DNA from: an uncultured bacterium
GTDB lineage: Bacteria > Fidelibacterota > UBA2242 > JAFGTP01
Assembly: GCA_964498725.1 (NCBI GenBank)
Contig: CAZCHS010000006.1
Location: forward strand, 1,968-65,967
Direction of reading: 5' to 3'
DNA length: 64,000 nucleotides
Below are positions 40,401 through 52,012 of this stretch, piece after piece. A program made the position numbers and the translations under genes. The notes under the pieces are model-generated. The model was given only the letters and a program-made list of their open reading frames with translations. It had not been told where the DNA came from and did not search any database. Within the stretch, counting starts at the first letter, position 1; each line of letters starts with the position of its first letter.

Positions 40401-43400
40401 ATGTCTGCCAAAAATTTTGGAACCACCTGGTGGGGCAAAGCCTGGCTGGACGCATTAAGAAAAATAGACTATGGCAATAAGCTGAGTGAAGGAATTCAGT
40501 ATGCAGAAAACGGTGCGGTTGCCGACATAGAGATCGACAATAATATAATACGCGCAAAAGTCCAGGATGAAGCGCGCATGACTCCTTACCAGATTTCCAT
40601 GGAATTTTCAGAATTTGATGAATATGACATGGAGGAAATCGAAAATATCATTGAATCCAATCACTATTATATTTCCAAGTTGGAATCAAAAATTCTTCCC
40701 CCGGCCCTGCTGGAAGAATTGGAAAAGGAGATGATATCACTATTTCCAAAATCCTTCCAGGAAATTAAAATGTCCTGCCGGTGTACCAAATTCGCCCATC
40801 CCTGCAAACATGTATCAGCCCTCTTTTTTATTATGGCCAATGAAATTGACAAAAATCCCTTTATAATTTTCTCGTTACATGGATTTAATCTTCTGAGTAT
40901 TACCAATCCTGAAGAGGATTCTTCTAATGATGTTTCCAGTATACCGGGCATTGATAATTTTCTCACCGGAAGCCAGGTATCGGAAGGAACAAACACAGCG
41001 ATTTCAATTGTGAACACCCGTGAATTGAAAGATATCGATTTTTCTGAAATTCCCGATCTGAGTAAAAAAATTGATAAGTTACTGACACCCGTCCCGCTTT
41101 TCTACAATGAAGGCAATTTTAAGAAAAAGATGATTGACCAGTATATTAAATTGCAGAAAAGAGTGAACAGTTTTATCAAAAAAAGCGAATTTACAGAAAC
41201 TCCTGATACCCATTATTATTCCCTGAAGATTAAAATCATTAACAGCAGTTTTGATTTTGAAGGAAAATTATTTGGTTATGAAGATATCAAGTTATTCAAT
41301 TTGGATGAAATGGATGATTTTATTGACTTTTTGCAAAATCACACCCTGAATAACATTTCCAAACACTCCCTGGAGATCAAATATATTTCCCAGATCTATT
41401 CCTTTACGTTGAAACTAATTCAGCAATGTGCCTATATTCCGGAAATTTTCTCTTCGGCCAAGGATGAGTACATGGTGCGTTGGATTCCGGCTATTTTTGA
41501 TACAAAAATTAATAATATTGTCCAGATTCTTTGTGATAATATCCCCTCGGATATCGTGGTTTATAAAAATCAGCAAATGGAGAAAAAAGACCAGGTTTAT
41601 TTCCTGATTTCATTTTTTATTAGTTATTTTCAAAAATATTTTGATCTGCTTCCCAAGCGTGGAATGGTTCGGATATTGTCTTTATTTTATAATTTTGATG
41701 TATTCACCCAGGTAAAGTTTGAAGATCAACAGATTCCCAATACAATCCACCTCTGGCTGAGCCGCTTTTATATTACCAAAGGCGATTGTATTCCGGTAAT
41801 TAAAATTGACGAATCAACCCGACATGGCGACCGGGTACTATTTGAAATATTGATCTCTGACAAAAAAGATTCTTCCAATCACTTAATACCTTTAAAAAAG
41901 TTTATATCCCGCAACCATCCTGAAAAAAACAGAATTTTGAAAGACTTGTCCCTGCTCTCCAGCTATCTGCCGCAAGTCAATGACTTTTTAAAATTAAAGA
42001 ACGGGCCCCCTCATATTACAATCCGGTCCAACGACTTTGTGGAAGTATGGTTCGATGCCTTGCCGATCCTGAATACCCTGGGTATCCAGACAATTCTGCC
42101 CAAATCTTTAAAAAAAGTATTCAGTCCGTCACTAAGTTTGAGTTTCGACATCAAGGAAGATGTGGATTACAATGCGGTCAGTTTTTTTAATATCAATTCC
42201 ATGCTGGAATTTAAATGGAACATTGCGATCGGCTCAAAATTTATATCGCCGGATGATTTCCGTAAATTGCTGAAGAAATATTCCGGCATTGTAAAATTGA
42301 AAGACAGTTATGTTTACATCGATGATAAAGAAGCCCGGAAAATTCTTAACCAACTGGATAAAGACCCGGAACTGTCAAAAAATGAACTGCTCAAAATAAA
42401 CCTGGAAAAAAAATTCAAAGGCGTACCCATTAACATCAATAAAGATGTGGAACAGTTATTTGATCAAATGTTTACCAAATATGATCCGCCAATTCCTAAA
42501 ACATTACAGGCGAAATTACGTCCCTACCAGGTGAAAGGCTATAAATGGCTCTACAATAATATAAAATCCGGGCTGGGTTCATTGATCGCCGATGATATGG
42601 GACTGGGAAAAACCATTCAGGTCATTACATTGCTGCTAAAATTAAAAGAAGAGCAAATCCTCGGCAAGAAAAAATGTCTAATTGTTGTGCCGGCGACGCT
42701 ATTATCAAACTGGCAGCATGAATTTGAAAAATTTGCACCGAAAATTAATGTTCTCATATATCATGGTCAACGCCGGAAATTTGATATAGAAGATGTTGAT
42801 GTTGTGGTGACAACCTACAGCCTTTCCCGCAGCGAAAACGCCACTTTTCAAAAACGAAAATGGCTGATACTCATCACCGATGAAACGCAAAATATTAAAA
42901 ACCCATCCAGCAATCAGACCCGGGCGGTAAAATCCCTGCGTTCAGAAACAAAAATAGCCATGACCGGAACACCGGTTGAAAACAGATTAATGGATTACTG
43001 GTCCATTCTGGATTTCATCATGAAAAAATTTGTCGGGTCACAAAATTCATTTCGGGAAAATTTTGCCACCCCAATAGAAAGATTTCGCAATCAGGCTAAA
43101 CTGGAGGACTTCCGGAAAATAACCGCTCCTTTTATTTTGCGCCGTGAAAAAACCGATAAATCCATCATCAATGATCTTCCCGACAAGATTGAAATTGAAA
43201 AATATAATCAATTGACTCCGCAACAGACCGCGCTTTACCAGGAGGTCATTGATTCCGCTGATTTTCAGCTGCAGGAAAGCAAGGGCATTGCCCGTAAAGG
43301 TATTATATTCAAACTGTTTACAAACCTGAAACAGATATGTAATCATCCCTCCCATTATCTGGGTAAAAGATTTGGAAAAATTAATGACTCCGGGAAAAGT

Positions 43401-43916
43401 GCCCTGTTAATGGAATTGCTGTACCAAATACTGAATATGGACGAAAAGGTTTTAATTTTTACGCAGTATACTAAAATGGGGAATCTGCTGACCACAATGG
43501 TTGAGGAACAGTTTAAGATGACCCCACTTTTTTTGCACGGTGGTCTCAGTCGGAAAAAACGGGATAATATCATTGCTTCCTTCCAGGACAATCAGACCCG
43601 GCAAATCCTTATTTTATCCCTGAAAGCCGGTGGAACCGGACTCAATCTGACCGCTGCCAATAATGTCATTCATTATGACCTCTGGTGGAACCCTGCTGTT
43701 GAGACCCAGGCAACGGACCGGGCTTTTCGTATCGGTCAGAAAAAAAATGTCACCATTTACCGCATGATCACAAAAGGTACTTTTGAAGAAAAAATCAATG
43801 AAATGCTGCAAAAAAAGAAAGAATTAGCCGATCTGACGATCAATGTCGGAGAAAAATGGATTACCGAGATGAGCAATGATGAATTGAAAAAACTTGTTGA
43901 GATTTCCGGCAAGTAA
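40401..43916 (+). CDS. SWIM zinc-finger SNF2/DEAD-like ATPase
   Basis: FGTTWWG, CRC...CKH SWIM, ADDMGLGKT, DETQNIKN, SLKAGGTGLNL, QATDRAFRIGQ. Confidence 0.93.
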   Translation: MSAKNFGTTWWGKAWLDALRKIDYGNKLSEGIQYAENGAVADIEIDNNIIRAKVQDEARMTPYQISMEFSEFDEYDMEEIENIIESNHYYISKLESKILPPALLEELEKEMISLFPKSFQEIKMSCRCTKFAHPCKHVSALFFIMANEIDKNPFIIFSLHGFNLLSITNPEEDSSNDVSSIPGIDNFLTGSQVSEGTNTAISIVNTRELKDIDFSEIPDLSKKIDKLLTPVPLFYNEGNFKKKMIDQYIKLQKRVNSFIKKSEFTETPDTHYYSLKIKIINSSFDFEGKLFGYEDIKLFNLDEMDDFIDFLQNHTLNNISKHSLEIKYISQIYSFTLKLIQQCAYIPEIFSSAKDEYMVRWIPAIFDTKINNIVQILCDNIPSDIVVYKNQQMEKKDQVYFLISFFISYFQKYFDLLPKRGMVRILSLFYNFDVFTQVKFEDQQIPNTIHLWLSRFYITKGDCIPVIKIDESTRHGDRVLFEILISDKKDSSNHLIPLKKFISRNHPEKNRILKDLSLLSSYLPQVNDFLKLKNGPPHITIRSNDFVEVWFDALPILNTLGIQTILPKSLKKVFSPSLSLSFDIKEDVDYNAVSFFNINSMLEFKWNIAIGSKFISPDDFRKLLKKYSGIVKLKDSYVYIDDKEARKILNQLDKDPELSKNELLKINLEKKFKGVPININKDVEQLFDQMFTKYDPPIPKTLQAKLRPYQVKGYKWLYNNIKSGLGSLIADDMGLGKTIQVITLLLKLKEEQILGKKKCLIVVPATLLSNWQHEFEKFAPKINVLIYHGQRRKFDIEDVDVVVTTYSLSRSENATFQKRKWLILITDETQNIKNPSSNQTRAVKSLRSETKIAMTGTPVENRLMDYWSILDFIMKKFVGSQNSFRENFATPIERFRNQAKLEDFRKITAPFILRREKTDKSIINDLPDKIEIEKYNQLTPQQTALYQEVIDSADFQLQESKGIARKGIIFKLFTNLKQICNHPSHYLGKRFGKINDSGKSALLMELLYQILNMDEKVLIFTQYTKMGNLLTTMVEEQFKMTPLFLHGGLSRKKRDNIIASFQDNQTRQILILSLKAGGTGLNLTAANNVIHYDLWWNPAVETQATDRAFRIGQKKNVTIYRMITKGTFEEKINEMLQKKKELADLTINVGEKWITEMSNDELKKLVEISGK

Positions 43917-44090
43917 GGGTTGATTTATTAAGACTGCAAAGATTCACAATGAAAAATTATAAAGTCCGATCATTGGCAACATAATAATTTGAACTGAATG
44001 ATTTTACATTATTATTTTTAAAATTTTTTCCTTGAAATTAGATAAATAATAGATTAAGTTTACACCGTTATTTGAGACAAAGAAAATGAT

Positions 44091-44163
<73 letters not shown>

Positions 44164-44169
44164 CAAATC

Positions 44170-44196
44170 AAACCCACTTTTTCAAGTGGGTTTTTT
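44170..44196 (+). terminator. Terminator after tRNA-fMet
   Basis: AAACCCACTT-loop-AAGTGGGTTTTTT. Confidence 0.85.
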
Positions 44197-44221
44197 ATTT
44201 CCCGTCTAAAATAAATATTAA

Positions 44222-44237
44222 TGGTATAATTTTTGTC
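44222..44237 (+). promoter_or_regulatory. Sigma-54-like promoter
   Basis: TGGTATAATTTTTGTC (GG-N10-GT), ~40 bp upstream of hybrid kinase. Confidence 0.4.
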
Positions 44238-44274
44238 ACTCGTTTACTGTTCTTTATAATCAGGGCAGGATAAA

Positions 44275-47115
44275 ATGAAAGATATTAACAATAATATTTT
44301 ATTAATTGATGATGAATCCTCCATTCTGGATCTCTATAAATTAATTTTTACTTATGGCAAAAAGGATGAAAATTCTTCCGAATTGCTGACCAGTTTTAAC
44401 ATTGAAAGATTCAAAACCGGCCAGGAAGCTTATCAGCACACCAGGGAATCCCTGCAGGAAAAGCGTCGTTACTCGGCGGCTTTTATTGATTTTTTTATGG
44501 AACCGGGTTGGAATGGTCTGGAAACCGCCTTAAAATTACGTGAAGTGGATCCGGATATCTATATCGTTATTGTCACAGGTTTTTCCAATATCTCGGTTGA
44601 TGATATTCAAAAAGAGTTGCAGCATGACATCTTCTTTGTTCGTAAACCTTTTAACTCCGACGAAATATTTCAGCTGGCCCGTAACCTCTGTATTTCCTGG
44701 ACCAGAGACCGTCAATTCAAAGCGACAGCGATCTCAAAAAATTACTTTAACAGCATTTTACTCGCAATCCATGATTCACTTTTTGTAATTGACGAAAACG
44801 CGACGATCGTCAAAATTAATCGCGCAACAGAAAAATTACTAAAAGGCACTGAACAGAATATTGTGGGTAAAATAATATATGACTTTTTTGATCAAAACCT
44901 GTTCGAGAGTTTGATTGAAAATTTACATCAAATGTCCGCAAAAACTTCTATTGAAAAACAAATAATATCAGAAATTTCCAACATTAATGGTAAGAAAATT
45001 CCGGTAAATTTATCTTTTTCATCAATCCACGATCCGGACATGGGAAATAAAATCATTTGCCTGGCTAAGGATATAACCCAGGAAATAGCCACGAGAAATC
45101 AGATCGAACGGCAAAATCAGGAACTGAAAGAATTTAATATCCAACTTGAAAAGGCTATTGACAAGGCCAATAAAATGGCCACCGAAGCGGAGCTGGCAAA
45201 TGTAGCCAAAAGTAGTTTTCTCGCCAATATGAGCCACGAAATCCGAACACCCATGAATGGTGTTGTTGGTTTGCTTGATATGTTAATGGAAACAGAGTTG
45301 GATGACGAACAAAAAAACCTCGCCAGCACCATTAAAACCAGTGCAAATACTTTATTGCGCATCATCAATGATATTTTGGATTTCTCCAAGATCGAATCCC
45401 AAAAAATAGAATTGGAAAAATTGGAGTTTGATTTCCTGGCTGCAATGGACGATATCATAAGAATATATCATAACCGTTCCGTCAGCAAAGGACTGAATTT
45501 CAATTATTTTATTGGCAGTGACGTTCCCTTCACTATTATCTCTGATATGGTAAGAATTAAACAGGTCCTCAGTAACATATTGAACAATGCCTTGAAATTT
45601 ACTGAAAAAGGCCATATTACCTTCACTATTGAAAAAATTGACCGCCAAGATGTCCTTAAATTTACAATTGCCGATACAGGCATTGGCATCCCTGAGGACA
45701 AACAGGAAAATGTATTTTCACCCTTTTCACAGGCTGATGCTTCAATCAACCGCAAATATCAGGGAACCGGTCTGGGACTTCCTATTGCAAAGGAGATCAT
45801 TAAACTCCTGGAAGGTCATATTCAACTGGAATCAGAGGTTCAGAAAGGCAGCAAATTTTCTTTTACGATTCGGTATACACCGGCTAGTCCCCCTGATTTT
45901 ATCAAAAAACTGATTAACCAGGAGAAAAATATTCTGCTCCTCAATGAACAAAATGCAACCGGTAAAGCATTATATACTCACTTGGAACGCCTGAATGTAA
46001 AATCCCGGCAGATTGAGAATACCCATTCTATAAGAACATCTATCGATTCGCTACCGGTCATTAACCATCTGATCATCAACAAAAATATTACTGACGAAGA
46101 ATTGCTGGACTATTACTCATTGCTGGAATCAGAAAAAAAACTGCAGATTATTTTTATTCAGAATCCTTCATATAATAAAAAAGTTTTGAATTTTTCGGAA
46201 TTTGACAATGTTACAATTTTAAAAGAACCGATCATTTTCAACGAATTGGTAAAATTATTATTCAAATTCGAACAAAACCTTCAAAAGACAGCCAGGGGTG
46301 GCAAGTTTAATAAATTAAACAAAAAAATCCTTATTGCCGAAGACAATGAGATCAATCAAATTGTTGCCAAAAAACTTTTTTCAAAATTTTCCGATAATCT
46401 GGATATTGCCAACAATGGTAATGAAGTGATCAGTCTCATGGAAAATAATATATATGACATCATTTTCATGGATATTCAAATGCCTGTGATGGATGGTTTT
46501 CAGACAACAGCAGCCATTCGCAAAGCGCCAATCGGCGATAATCCCATCGATATTCCGATTGTCGCATTGACAGCCCACGCCTTAAACGGATACAGGGAAG
46601 AATGCATTGCCATGGGCATGGATGATTATCTGCCCAAACCAATTGATATTGATAAAGTAATCAAAGTATTTGATCGCTTTTTTGGACTTGATAAACCAGG
46701 AAGAGAGAAATTAACCCTTGATACGCAGTTAAAAAAAGGCAATAATATATCGGAAAATGAAAAAAAATCCCTACCTTTCAGTGAAAAAATACTACTGGAA
46801 AGAATTGATAATGACCAGGAACTGATGATCATGCTGTTACGGGAATATTTAAAACAAGGGAAAAAGCTTATAACCGCCATGGAAAATGGGTTTAAGGATA
46901 AGGATTTGGAAAAAACCCGGATCGATTCTCACTCCTTTAAAGGCGCTTCGGACAATATTACTGTTGAAAAAATCAGGCATCTTTGTGAAATCATCGAAGA
47001 TTCCAGTCATGACGGTCTGTATGACAAAGCCTATAATACTTATAAAAAATTAATCAGTGAATTTGAAATAACAGCTACACAAATTGAACATTATTTAGAA
47101 AAGGTAAGCTCATGA
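44275..47115 (+). CDS. Hybrid histidine kinase REC-PAS-HisKA-HATPase-(pseudoREC)-REC-HPt
   Basis: [46 protein letters not shown]. Confidence 0.93.
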   Translation: MKDINNNILLIDDESSILDLYKLIFTYGKKDENSSELLTSFNIERFKTGQEAYQHTRESLQEKRRYSAAFIDFFMEPGWNGLETALKLREVDPDIYIVIVTGFSNISVDDIQKELQHDIFFVRKPFNSDEIFQLARNLCISWTRDRQFKATAISKNYFNSILLAIHDSLFVIDENATIVKINRATEKLLKGTEQNIVGKIIYDFFDQNLFESLIENLHQMSAKTSIEKQIISEISNINGKKIPVNLSFSSIHDPDMGNKIICLAKDITQEIATRNQIERQNQELKEFNIQLEKAIDKANKMATEAELANVAKSSFLANMSHEIRTPMNGVVGLLDMLMETELDDEQKNLASTIKTSANTLLRIINDILDFSKIESQKIELEKLEFDFLAAMDDIIRIYHNRSVSKGLNFNYFIGSDVPFTIISDMVRIKQVLSNILNNALKFTEKGHITFTIEKIDRQDVLKFTIADTGIGIPEDKQENVFSPFSQADASINRKYQGTGLGLPIAKEIIKLLEGHIQLESEVQKGSKFSFTIRYTPASPPDFIKKLINQEKNILLLNEQNATGKALYTHLERLNVKSRQIENTHSIRTSIDSLPVINHLIINKNITDEELLDYYSLLESEKKLQIIFIQNPSYNKKVLNFSEFDNVTILKEPIIFNELVKLLFKFEQNLQKTARGGKFNKLNKKILIAEDNEINQIVAKKLFSKFSDNLDIANNGNEVISLMENNIYDIIFMDIQMPVMDGFQTTAAIRKAPIGDNPIDIPIVALTAHALNGYREECIAMGMDDYLPKPIDIDKVIKVFDRFFGLDKPGREKLTLDTQLKKGNNISENEKKSLPFSEKILLERIDNDQELMIMLLREYLKQGKKLITAMENGFKDKDLEKTRIDSHSFKGASDNITVEKIRHLCEIIEDSSHDGLYDKAYNTYKKLISEFEITATQIEHYLEKVSS

Positions 47116-47507
47116 AAACTTTAGTTGTAGACGATGAATTAACGACGAGATTAATGCTGAAGAAAATCCTTTCTCCCTACGGCCCTTGCGATACGATCTC
47201 AAACGGCAAAGAAGCCCTTGAGGCCTTTTGGATGGCAATTAAAGAAAATGATCCTTACGATCTTATTTGCCTGGATATTTTAATGCCTGAATTAAATGGA
47301 AAGACTGTGCTGAAAAAAATCCGTGAAATTGAAAATAAGGCCCAAATTCCTAAAAATAAAATTGCCAGTATTTTTATGGTAACCTCACTAAACGATTCAA
47401 AAACAATTATGGATACGATTGTCAAATACAAATGTGACAGTTATATCTTGAAGCCAATCAGCAAACCAAAGGTAATCAGCAAGCTAAAGCAGTTTGAGTT
47501 GATTTAG
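47112..47507 (+). CDS. Single-domain response regulator
   Basis: LVVDD, CLDILMP, YILKP. Confidence 0.92.
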   Translation: MKTLVVDDELTTRLMLKKILSPYGPCDTISNGKEALEAFWMAIKENDPYDLICLDILMPELNGKTVLKKIREIENKAQIPKNKIASIFMVTSLNDSKTIMDTIVKYKCDSYILKPISKPKVISKLKQFELI

Positions 47508-47521
47508 CAGTATTTAGTCAT

Positions 47522-47570
47522 AAAAAAACGCCCATGATTAATAAACAATGTATTATTCATGGGCGTTTTT
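47522..47570. terminator. Bidirectional terminator
   Basis: AAAAAAACGCCCATGA...TCATGGGCGTTTTT between convergent genes. Confidence 0.85.
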
Positions 47571-47581
47571 CAGTTTAGCGG

Positions 47582-49975
47582 CTAATCCATTATTTCCCGG
47601 ATAGTCCTGGCAATTTCATGAATTCGTACCGGTTTCATGAAAAAGGCACTTATCAATTGTTTATCTTCCTTACTGAGTGTTTCACTAAATCCGGTATGCA
47701 GGATTATTGGAATATCGGCTCTGATTTCTTTTATTTTTCGAGCCATATCCAATCCGGTCATAACCGGCATGATTTGATCGAGTATGACCACATCATATTC
47801 CTGGGGATTTTTTTGAAAATTATTAAAGGCTGCCATACTTTTTTGAAAAGCGTTGACTTTGTATCCTAAAATATTCAGACCGGTCTGAAGCATTCGTAAC
47901 ACATTTGCTTCATCGTCGACAACCAGAATTTTTTCATTACCGGTGACATCTTCCGGTTCTTTTTCAATTGTAACTTTATTTTCAATGACCTTGTCAGGCA
48001 CAGGCAAATATATGGTAAAAGTGGTTCCCTTTCCGGGCTTACTATCACAAAATATATAGCCATTATGATTTTTGATAATGCCATGCACGGTTGCCAGCCC
48101 CAAACCGGTTCCTTTGCCCTTTTCTTTGGTGGTGAAATAAGGCTCAAATATATGTTCCTGGGTTTCCGGGTCCATGCCACAGCCATTATCTTTGAATATG
48201 ATCTTATTGTATTTTCCATTATTAATTCTGACGACATCATTGACTTTATTATTTTGAATATCAACTTCTGTCTGAATAATTTCCAAAATACCGTCGGCAC
48301 CTTCAAGGGCCTGATAGGCATTGGTACAGATATTCATGATCACCTGATGCATCTGGGTCGGGTCAGCAGAAATGGGATGGCAATTTTCATCGATACTGGT
48401 TTTGATTTGTACATTGGGGGGTATCGAACCTCTTAATAATTTCACAGCCTCTTTCAGAATTGTATAAAAATAAAGGGTTTCTCTCTGTTTTTCCTTTTGA
48501 CGGCTAAAGGTTAAAATTTGTTTAACCAAATCAGCCGCGCGTGAGGCGGCATTCTGGACTTCAAGTAATCCCTTATAGGCGAAGGAGCCTTTTTTAAATT
48601 CATTTTTCAAAAGATCGCTGTAGCCCAGAATTGGCGTCAGCATATTGTTAAAATCATGAGCAATACCACCGGCCAGTGTGCCAATGGCTTCCATCTTTTG
48701 GGCTTGTCGTAATTGTTTTTCCAGCTCCAGGTTCTTTTTCTCATTTTCCATACGTTCTGTAATATCACGGCCATAGGCTAACAAAAATTTATTTTCATTC
48801 AGCAAAATGGTGCCGACTTTCATTTCCACCGGAATAATCTCACCATTTTTTGTATGCATTTTGGTTGTGAAAGTTATACTGTTTTCACCGGGTTCAAAAT
48901 CCCATAAATTATGCTTATCTATCTTTTCATAGAGTTCAGGACACAATTTATGAATATCCATATTTAGAAATTCTTCTTTGGAATATTCCAGTTTGTGGGA
49001 TGAAAATTTATTGACCTGAACAATTTTCCCTTTTTCATTCCAGATTTGGATCATATCCGGTGCATATTCGGCAAGGGTACGAAACCGTTCTTCACTGGCT
49101 TTCAATTTTTTTTCTGCTTCTTTTCGTTGTGAAATATCCCGCAGTATTCCCTGAGTGCCGACAAATTGTAATTTACCGTCATTCTGCTCACTGTACAAGC
49201 CCTCGGCCTCTACTTCAAAGGTGCTGGTAAAAAAGAGGTCGCGGTACTTTATTTCAAAGGGTACATAATTGCTATTTTTAGTTAAAATGACAACTTCCAG
49301 TTCCCTGGTTCTTCTATCTCCGGTTCGTCTTTCATTAATTCGATGTTTTACTTTTTCCAGGTAGCCGGGATGGATGATGGAAAATATATTCGTACCGATC
49401 AGTTCCTCCGGCTCATATCCGTAATTGCCGACAGAATCACTCAAAAAAGTGATATATCCTTCATTGTCAAGACGATAGATTATATCCGGGACTGTTTTGA
49501 TGATAGAATCAAGTTTTTCATTGGATCGTTTTAATTCGGCTGTTTTCTGGGCCACCATTAATTCAAGATGGTCTTGATATTCACGATTTTCAATTCTTAG
49601 CCGGGACTTTTCAAGATTGTTTTCAATCACATGAACCAGTTCATCCAATTCTTTTACCGGCTTTAGTAAGTAATCCCAGGCGCCACGATGAAGCGCTTCA
49701 ATCGCGTCGGTAATAACACCGGTGCCGGACACAACAATGATAGGGGTATCTGGGGATTCCTCGGTCACTACTTTGAGAACTTCAAGCCCATCAACTTCAG
49801 GCATACGTAAATCAACTAATATCAGATCAGGACTATATTCACGAAAGGATTCGATCCCTTTTTTTCCATCTTCCGCTTCGATTACATCATAATTGTAATC
49901 TTCCAGATGTTCCCTGAAACTGGACCGAATGGCTTCTTCATCATCTATTGTTAAAATAAGGGGCAATTTTTTCAT
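47582..49975 (-). CDS. Hybrid histidine kinase REC-PAS-PAS-HisKA-HATPase-REC
   Basis: QAQKMEAIGTLAGGIAHDFNN, FEPYFTTK..GTGLGL, two receiver domains. Confidence 0.93.
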   Translation of the reverse strand: MKKLPLILTIDDEEAIRSSFREHLEDYNYDVIEAEDGKKGIESFREYSPDLILVDLRMPEVDGLEVLKVVTEESPDTPIIVVSGTGVITDAIEALHRGAWDYLLKPVKELDELVHVIENNLEKSRLRIENREYQDHLELMVAQKTAELKRSNEKLDSIIKTVPDIIYRLDNEGYITFLSDSVGNYGYEPEELIGTNIFSIIHPGYLEKVKHRINERRTGDRRTRELEVVILTKNSNYVPFEIKYRDLFFTSTFEVEAEGLYSEQNDGKLQFVGTQGILRDISQRKEAEKKLKASEERFRTLAEYAPDMIQIWNEKGKIVQVNKFSSHKLEYSKEEFLNMDIHKLCPELYEKIDKHNLWDFEPGENSITFTTKMHTKNGEIIPVEMKVGTILLNENKFLLAYGRDITERMENEKKNLELEKQLRQAQKMEAIGTLAGGIAHDFNNMLTPILGYSDLLKNEFKKGSFAYKGLLEVQNAASRAADLVKQILTFSRQKEKQRETLYFYTILKEAVKLLRGSIPPNVQIKTSIDENCHPISADPTQMHQVIMNICTNAYQALEGADGILEIIQTEVDIQNNKVNDVVRINNGKYNKIIFKDNGCGMDPETQEHIFEPYFTTKEKGKGTGLGLATVHGIIKNHNGYIFCDSKPGKGTTFTIYLPVPDKVIENKVTIEKEPEDVTGNEKILVVDDEANVLRMLQTGLNILGYKVNAFQKSMAAFNNFQKNPQEYDVVILDQIMPVMTGLDMARKIKEIRADIPIILHTGFSETLSKEDKQLISAFFMKPVRIHEIARTIREIMD

Positions 49976-50010
49976 TTATTTTCCTAAATAATGGTGCAAG
50001 GTACTTTTTT

Positions 50011-50026
50011 TACAACTGTTGTGCCA
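50011..50026 (-). promoter_or_regulatory. Sigma-54-like promoter
   Basis: Minus strand TGGCACAACAGTTGTA (GG-N10-GT), 35 bp upstream of the kinase start. Confidence 0.6.
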
Positions 50027-50180
50027 AAATTATTATTCAAAATTTATCAATAATCATCTTATTTGGGTTTGTGTGATTGTACAAATATAAAATAGCATTA
50101 ATTATCGTCAGAAACAAAAAATTTTATTTTGAATTCCCTACAATATATGATATAATTGGTAAAAATTCAAAGTAAGGAAA

Positions 50181-50597
50181 ATGGAATATCTCGCGGAATA
50201 TAAAACTTTACTGATTATCGGATCATCTGTCTCTATTTTGACTTTTGTAGTCAGCCTGGCTGTCATACCGGTTGTTATTATTAATCTTTCACCTGATTAT
50301 TTTTACGGCCGGAAAAAATCTATGCTTCCTTACCGAAATAATATACTGCGGTATACTATGCTAATATTAAAAAATCTGCTGGGATACATTCTTATATTGC
50401 TGGGTGTGATTATGCTGTTTATTCCCGGCCAGGGCTTATTATCCATCACACTGGGAATTATTTTGATAAATTTCCCCGGCAAAAAAAAGTTGGAATACAA
50501 ATTCTTTTCGAATAAAAAAGTATTGCGTTTAATTAATTCCATACGCCGCCGGGCGGGTAAAGAAATTATCGTTTTCAAAAAATCAGATAGACTTTAG
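50181..50597 (+). CDS. PGPGW-type membrane protein
   Basis: LGVIMLFIPGQG..FPGK. Confidence 0.8.
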   Translation: MEYLAEYKTLLIIGSSVSILTFVVSLAVIPVVIINLSPDYFYGRKKSMLPYRNNILRYTMLILKNLLGYILILLGVIMLFIPGQGLLSITLGIILINFPGKKKLEYKFFSNKKVLRLINSIRRRAGKEIIVFKKSDRL

Positions 50598-51059
50598 GAA
50601 AATACTTGACGTTCCATTCAGTGTCAGGCTCAAAGCAGTAACAATAATGCCGGCTATTAAAACGCCAATAATATTTGCCACAAAAAATTTCTTTTCATCC
50701 AGACCAATTAAAAATGCAGCCACCGCACCCGTGTAGACTCCGGAGCCTGGTAAGGGAATGCCAATAAAAACTGCAATTGCCCATTCGCCGTATTTTTCAA
50801 CACCCTGCTTTATTTTTCGCTGTGTGCGTTCAATGTATTTTTGCCATAGTTTATCAATGAACGGGACTGCTGTAACAATTTTTATGATCAATTCTAAAAA
50901 AATAAAAACAACCATACCCAGGATTATGTTCGTTATGACCGCAACCAAAAATACAGTTATCCAGTTCATATCCATCTTTATAATGCCAAGGGGAATTGAA
51001 AGTCGTAATTCCATTGCCGGTACCAAAGTCCAAAAAATTATTTGTGCTATCTTCCACAT
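50583..51059 (-). CDS. COG2426 small multidrug-export-like membrane protein
   Basis: ELRLSIPLG, FIGIPLPGSGVYTG; start MWKIAQ after AGGAG. Confidence 0.85.
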   Translation of the reverse strand: MWKIAQIIFWTLVPAMELRLSIPLGIIKMDMNWITVFLVAVITNIILGMVVFIFLELIIKIVTAVPFIDKLWQKYIERTQRKIKQGVEKYGEWAIAVFIGIPLPGSGVYTGAVAAFLIGLDEKKFFVANIIGVLIAGIIVTALSLTLNGTSSIFLKSI

Positions 51060-51769
51060 TTGCGTCTCCTGTGTTTTTTCCAAAAAATACTATGAAGCAA
51101 CAATTTAATAAATTTCAAGGTATCTGACGCATGATTTATTGAACTTTTTTCACTACTGTAGATCGTTGGAATTTTTACCTCTTCAATGGCAAGTCCCTTA
51201 TCCACCTGTCTGATCAGAAATTCACTCTCAAACTGAAAGCCATCATAAATAAAAGAATCTAAATCAATGCGATCCAGGCGCACCAGCCGGAACCCACACT
51301 GACTATCATATATTCGCCTGCCAATTCTGGCGGAAATGATCAAAGAAGTGGTATAGTTTGATATAACTCTGGCAACCGGCATATTCCTTAAGTTAAAATC
51401 ACGTCTTCCTAAAATAATATCCGCATCTGATTCTTGCTGTTTTTGAATAAAATCAATGATTCTGGCCGGATCGTGCTGTAAATCGGCATCAAGGCACAGA
51501 GCGTAGTCAAAGTTTTCTTGCTGGGCTTTCTTCAGGCCGGTTTTTAGGGCCGTTCCTTTCCCTTTATTATTGCTATGGGATAATATTTCCGTATCAGGAA
51601 GCGGAACAAGGTAATTGGCTACATTGTTATCCGAGCCGTCATCAATGACATATAAATGAATATTTTTATATAATTCTTTTAATTTACCCAAAAGTAGTGG
51701 TAATGTATGATCGGCATTATAAGCCGGTATAATGACACAGTACTTGCTTAAATCCATTCTAAAACTCAC
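51047..51769 (-). CDS. Glycosyltransferase family 2
   Basis: IIPAYN, IDDGS, NKGKG, DADLQH, DSQCGFR. Confidence 0.92.
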   Translation of the reverse strand: MSFRMDLSKYCVIIPAYNADHTLPLLLGKLKELYKNIHLYVIDDGSDNNVANYLVPLPDTEILSHSNNKGKGTALKTGLKKAQQENFDYALCLDADLQHDPARIIDFIQKQQESDADIILGRRDFNLRNMPVARVISNYTTSLIISARIGRRIYDSQCGFRLVRLDRIDLDSFIYDGFQFESEFLIRQVDKGLAIEEVKIPTIYSSEKSSINHASDTLKFIKLLLHSIFWKKHRRRKCGR

Positions 51770-51899
51770 CTGTTAAATTTTCCGTGACTTAATATAAGCT
51801 GTTTTTCTAAATTTTATAATGATTGTTTATAAAATATTTGAGTTTTTTATTGGACAAAGATATTTTATCTGCTAAATTTATTCGCTTTTTAAAATTCAT

Positions 51900-51971
51900 G
51901 CGAGAGTAGCTCAGTGGTAGAGCTCCACGTTGCCAACGTGGTTGTCGCGAGTTCAAGTCTCGTCTCTCGCT
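51900..51971 (+). tRNA. tRNA-Gly (GCC)
   Basis: GCGAGAG acceptor stem, GCC anticodon, GTTCAAGTC T-loop; CCA not encoded. Confidence 0.96.
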
Positions 51972-51972
51972 C

Positions 51973-52009
51973 AAAAAAAAGATAAAGGATTTCCTTTATC
52001 TTTTTTTTT
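51973..52009 (+). terminator. Terminator after tRNA-Gly
   Basis: A8-GATAAAGG-loop-CCTTTATC-T9. Confidence 0.8.
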
Positions 52010-52012
52010 ACC

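Noticed and set aside
40401-43916. SNF2 helicase as part of an anti-phage system
   Set aside because: Stand-alone SWIM-SNF2 of a widespread family; no methylase, nuclease or other defence genes adjacent
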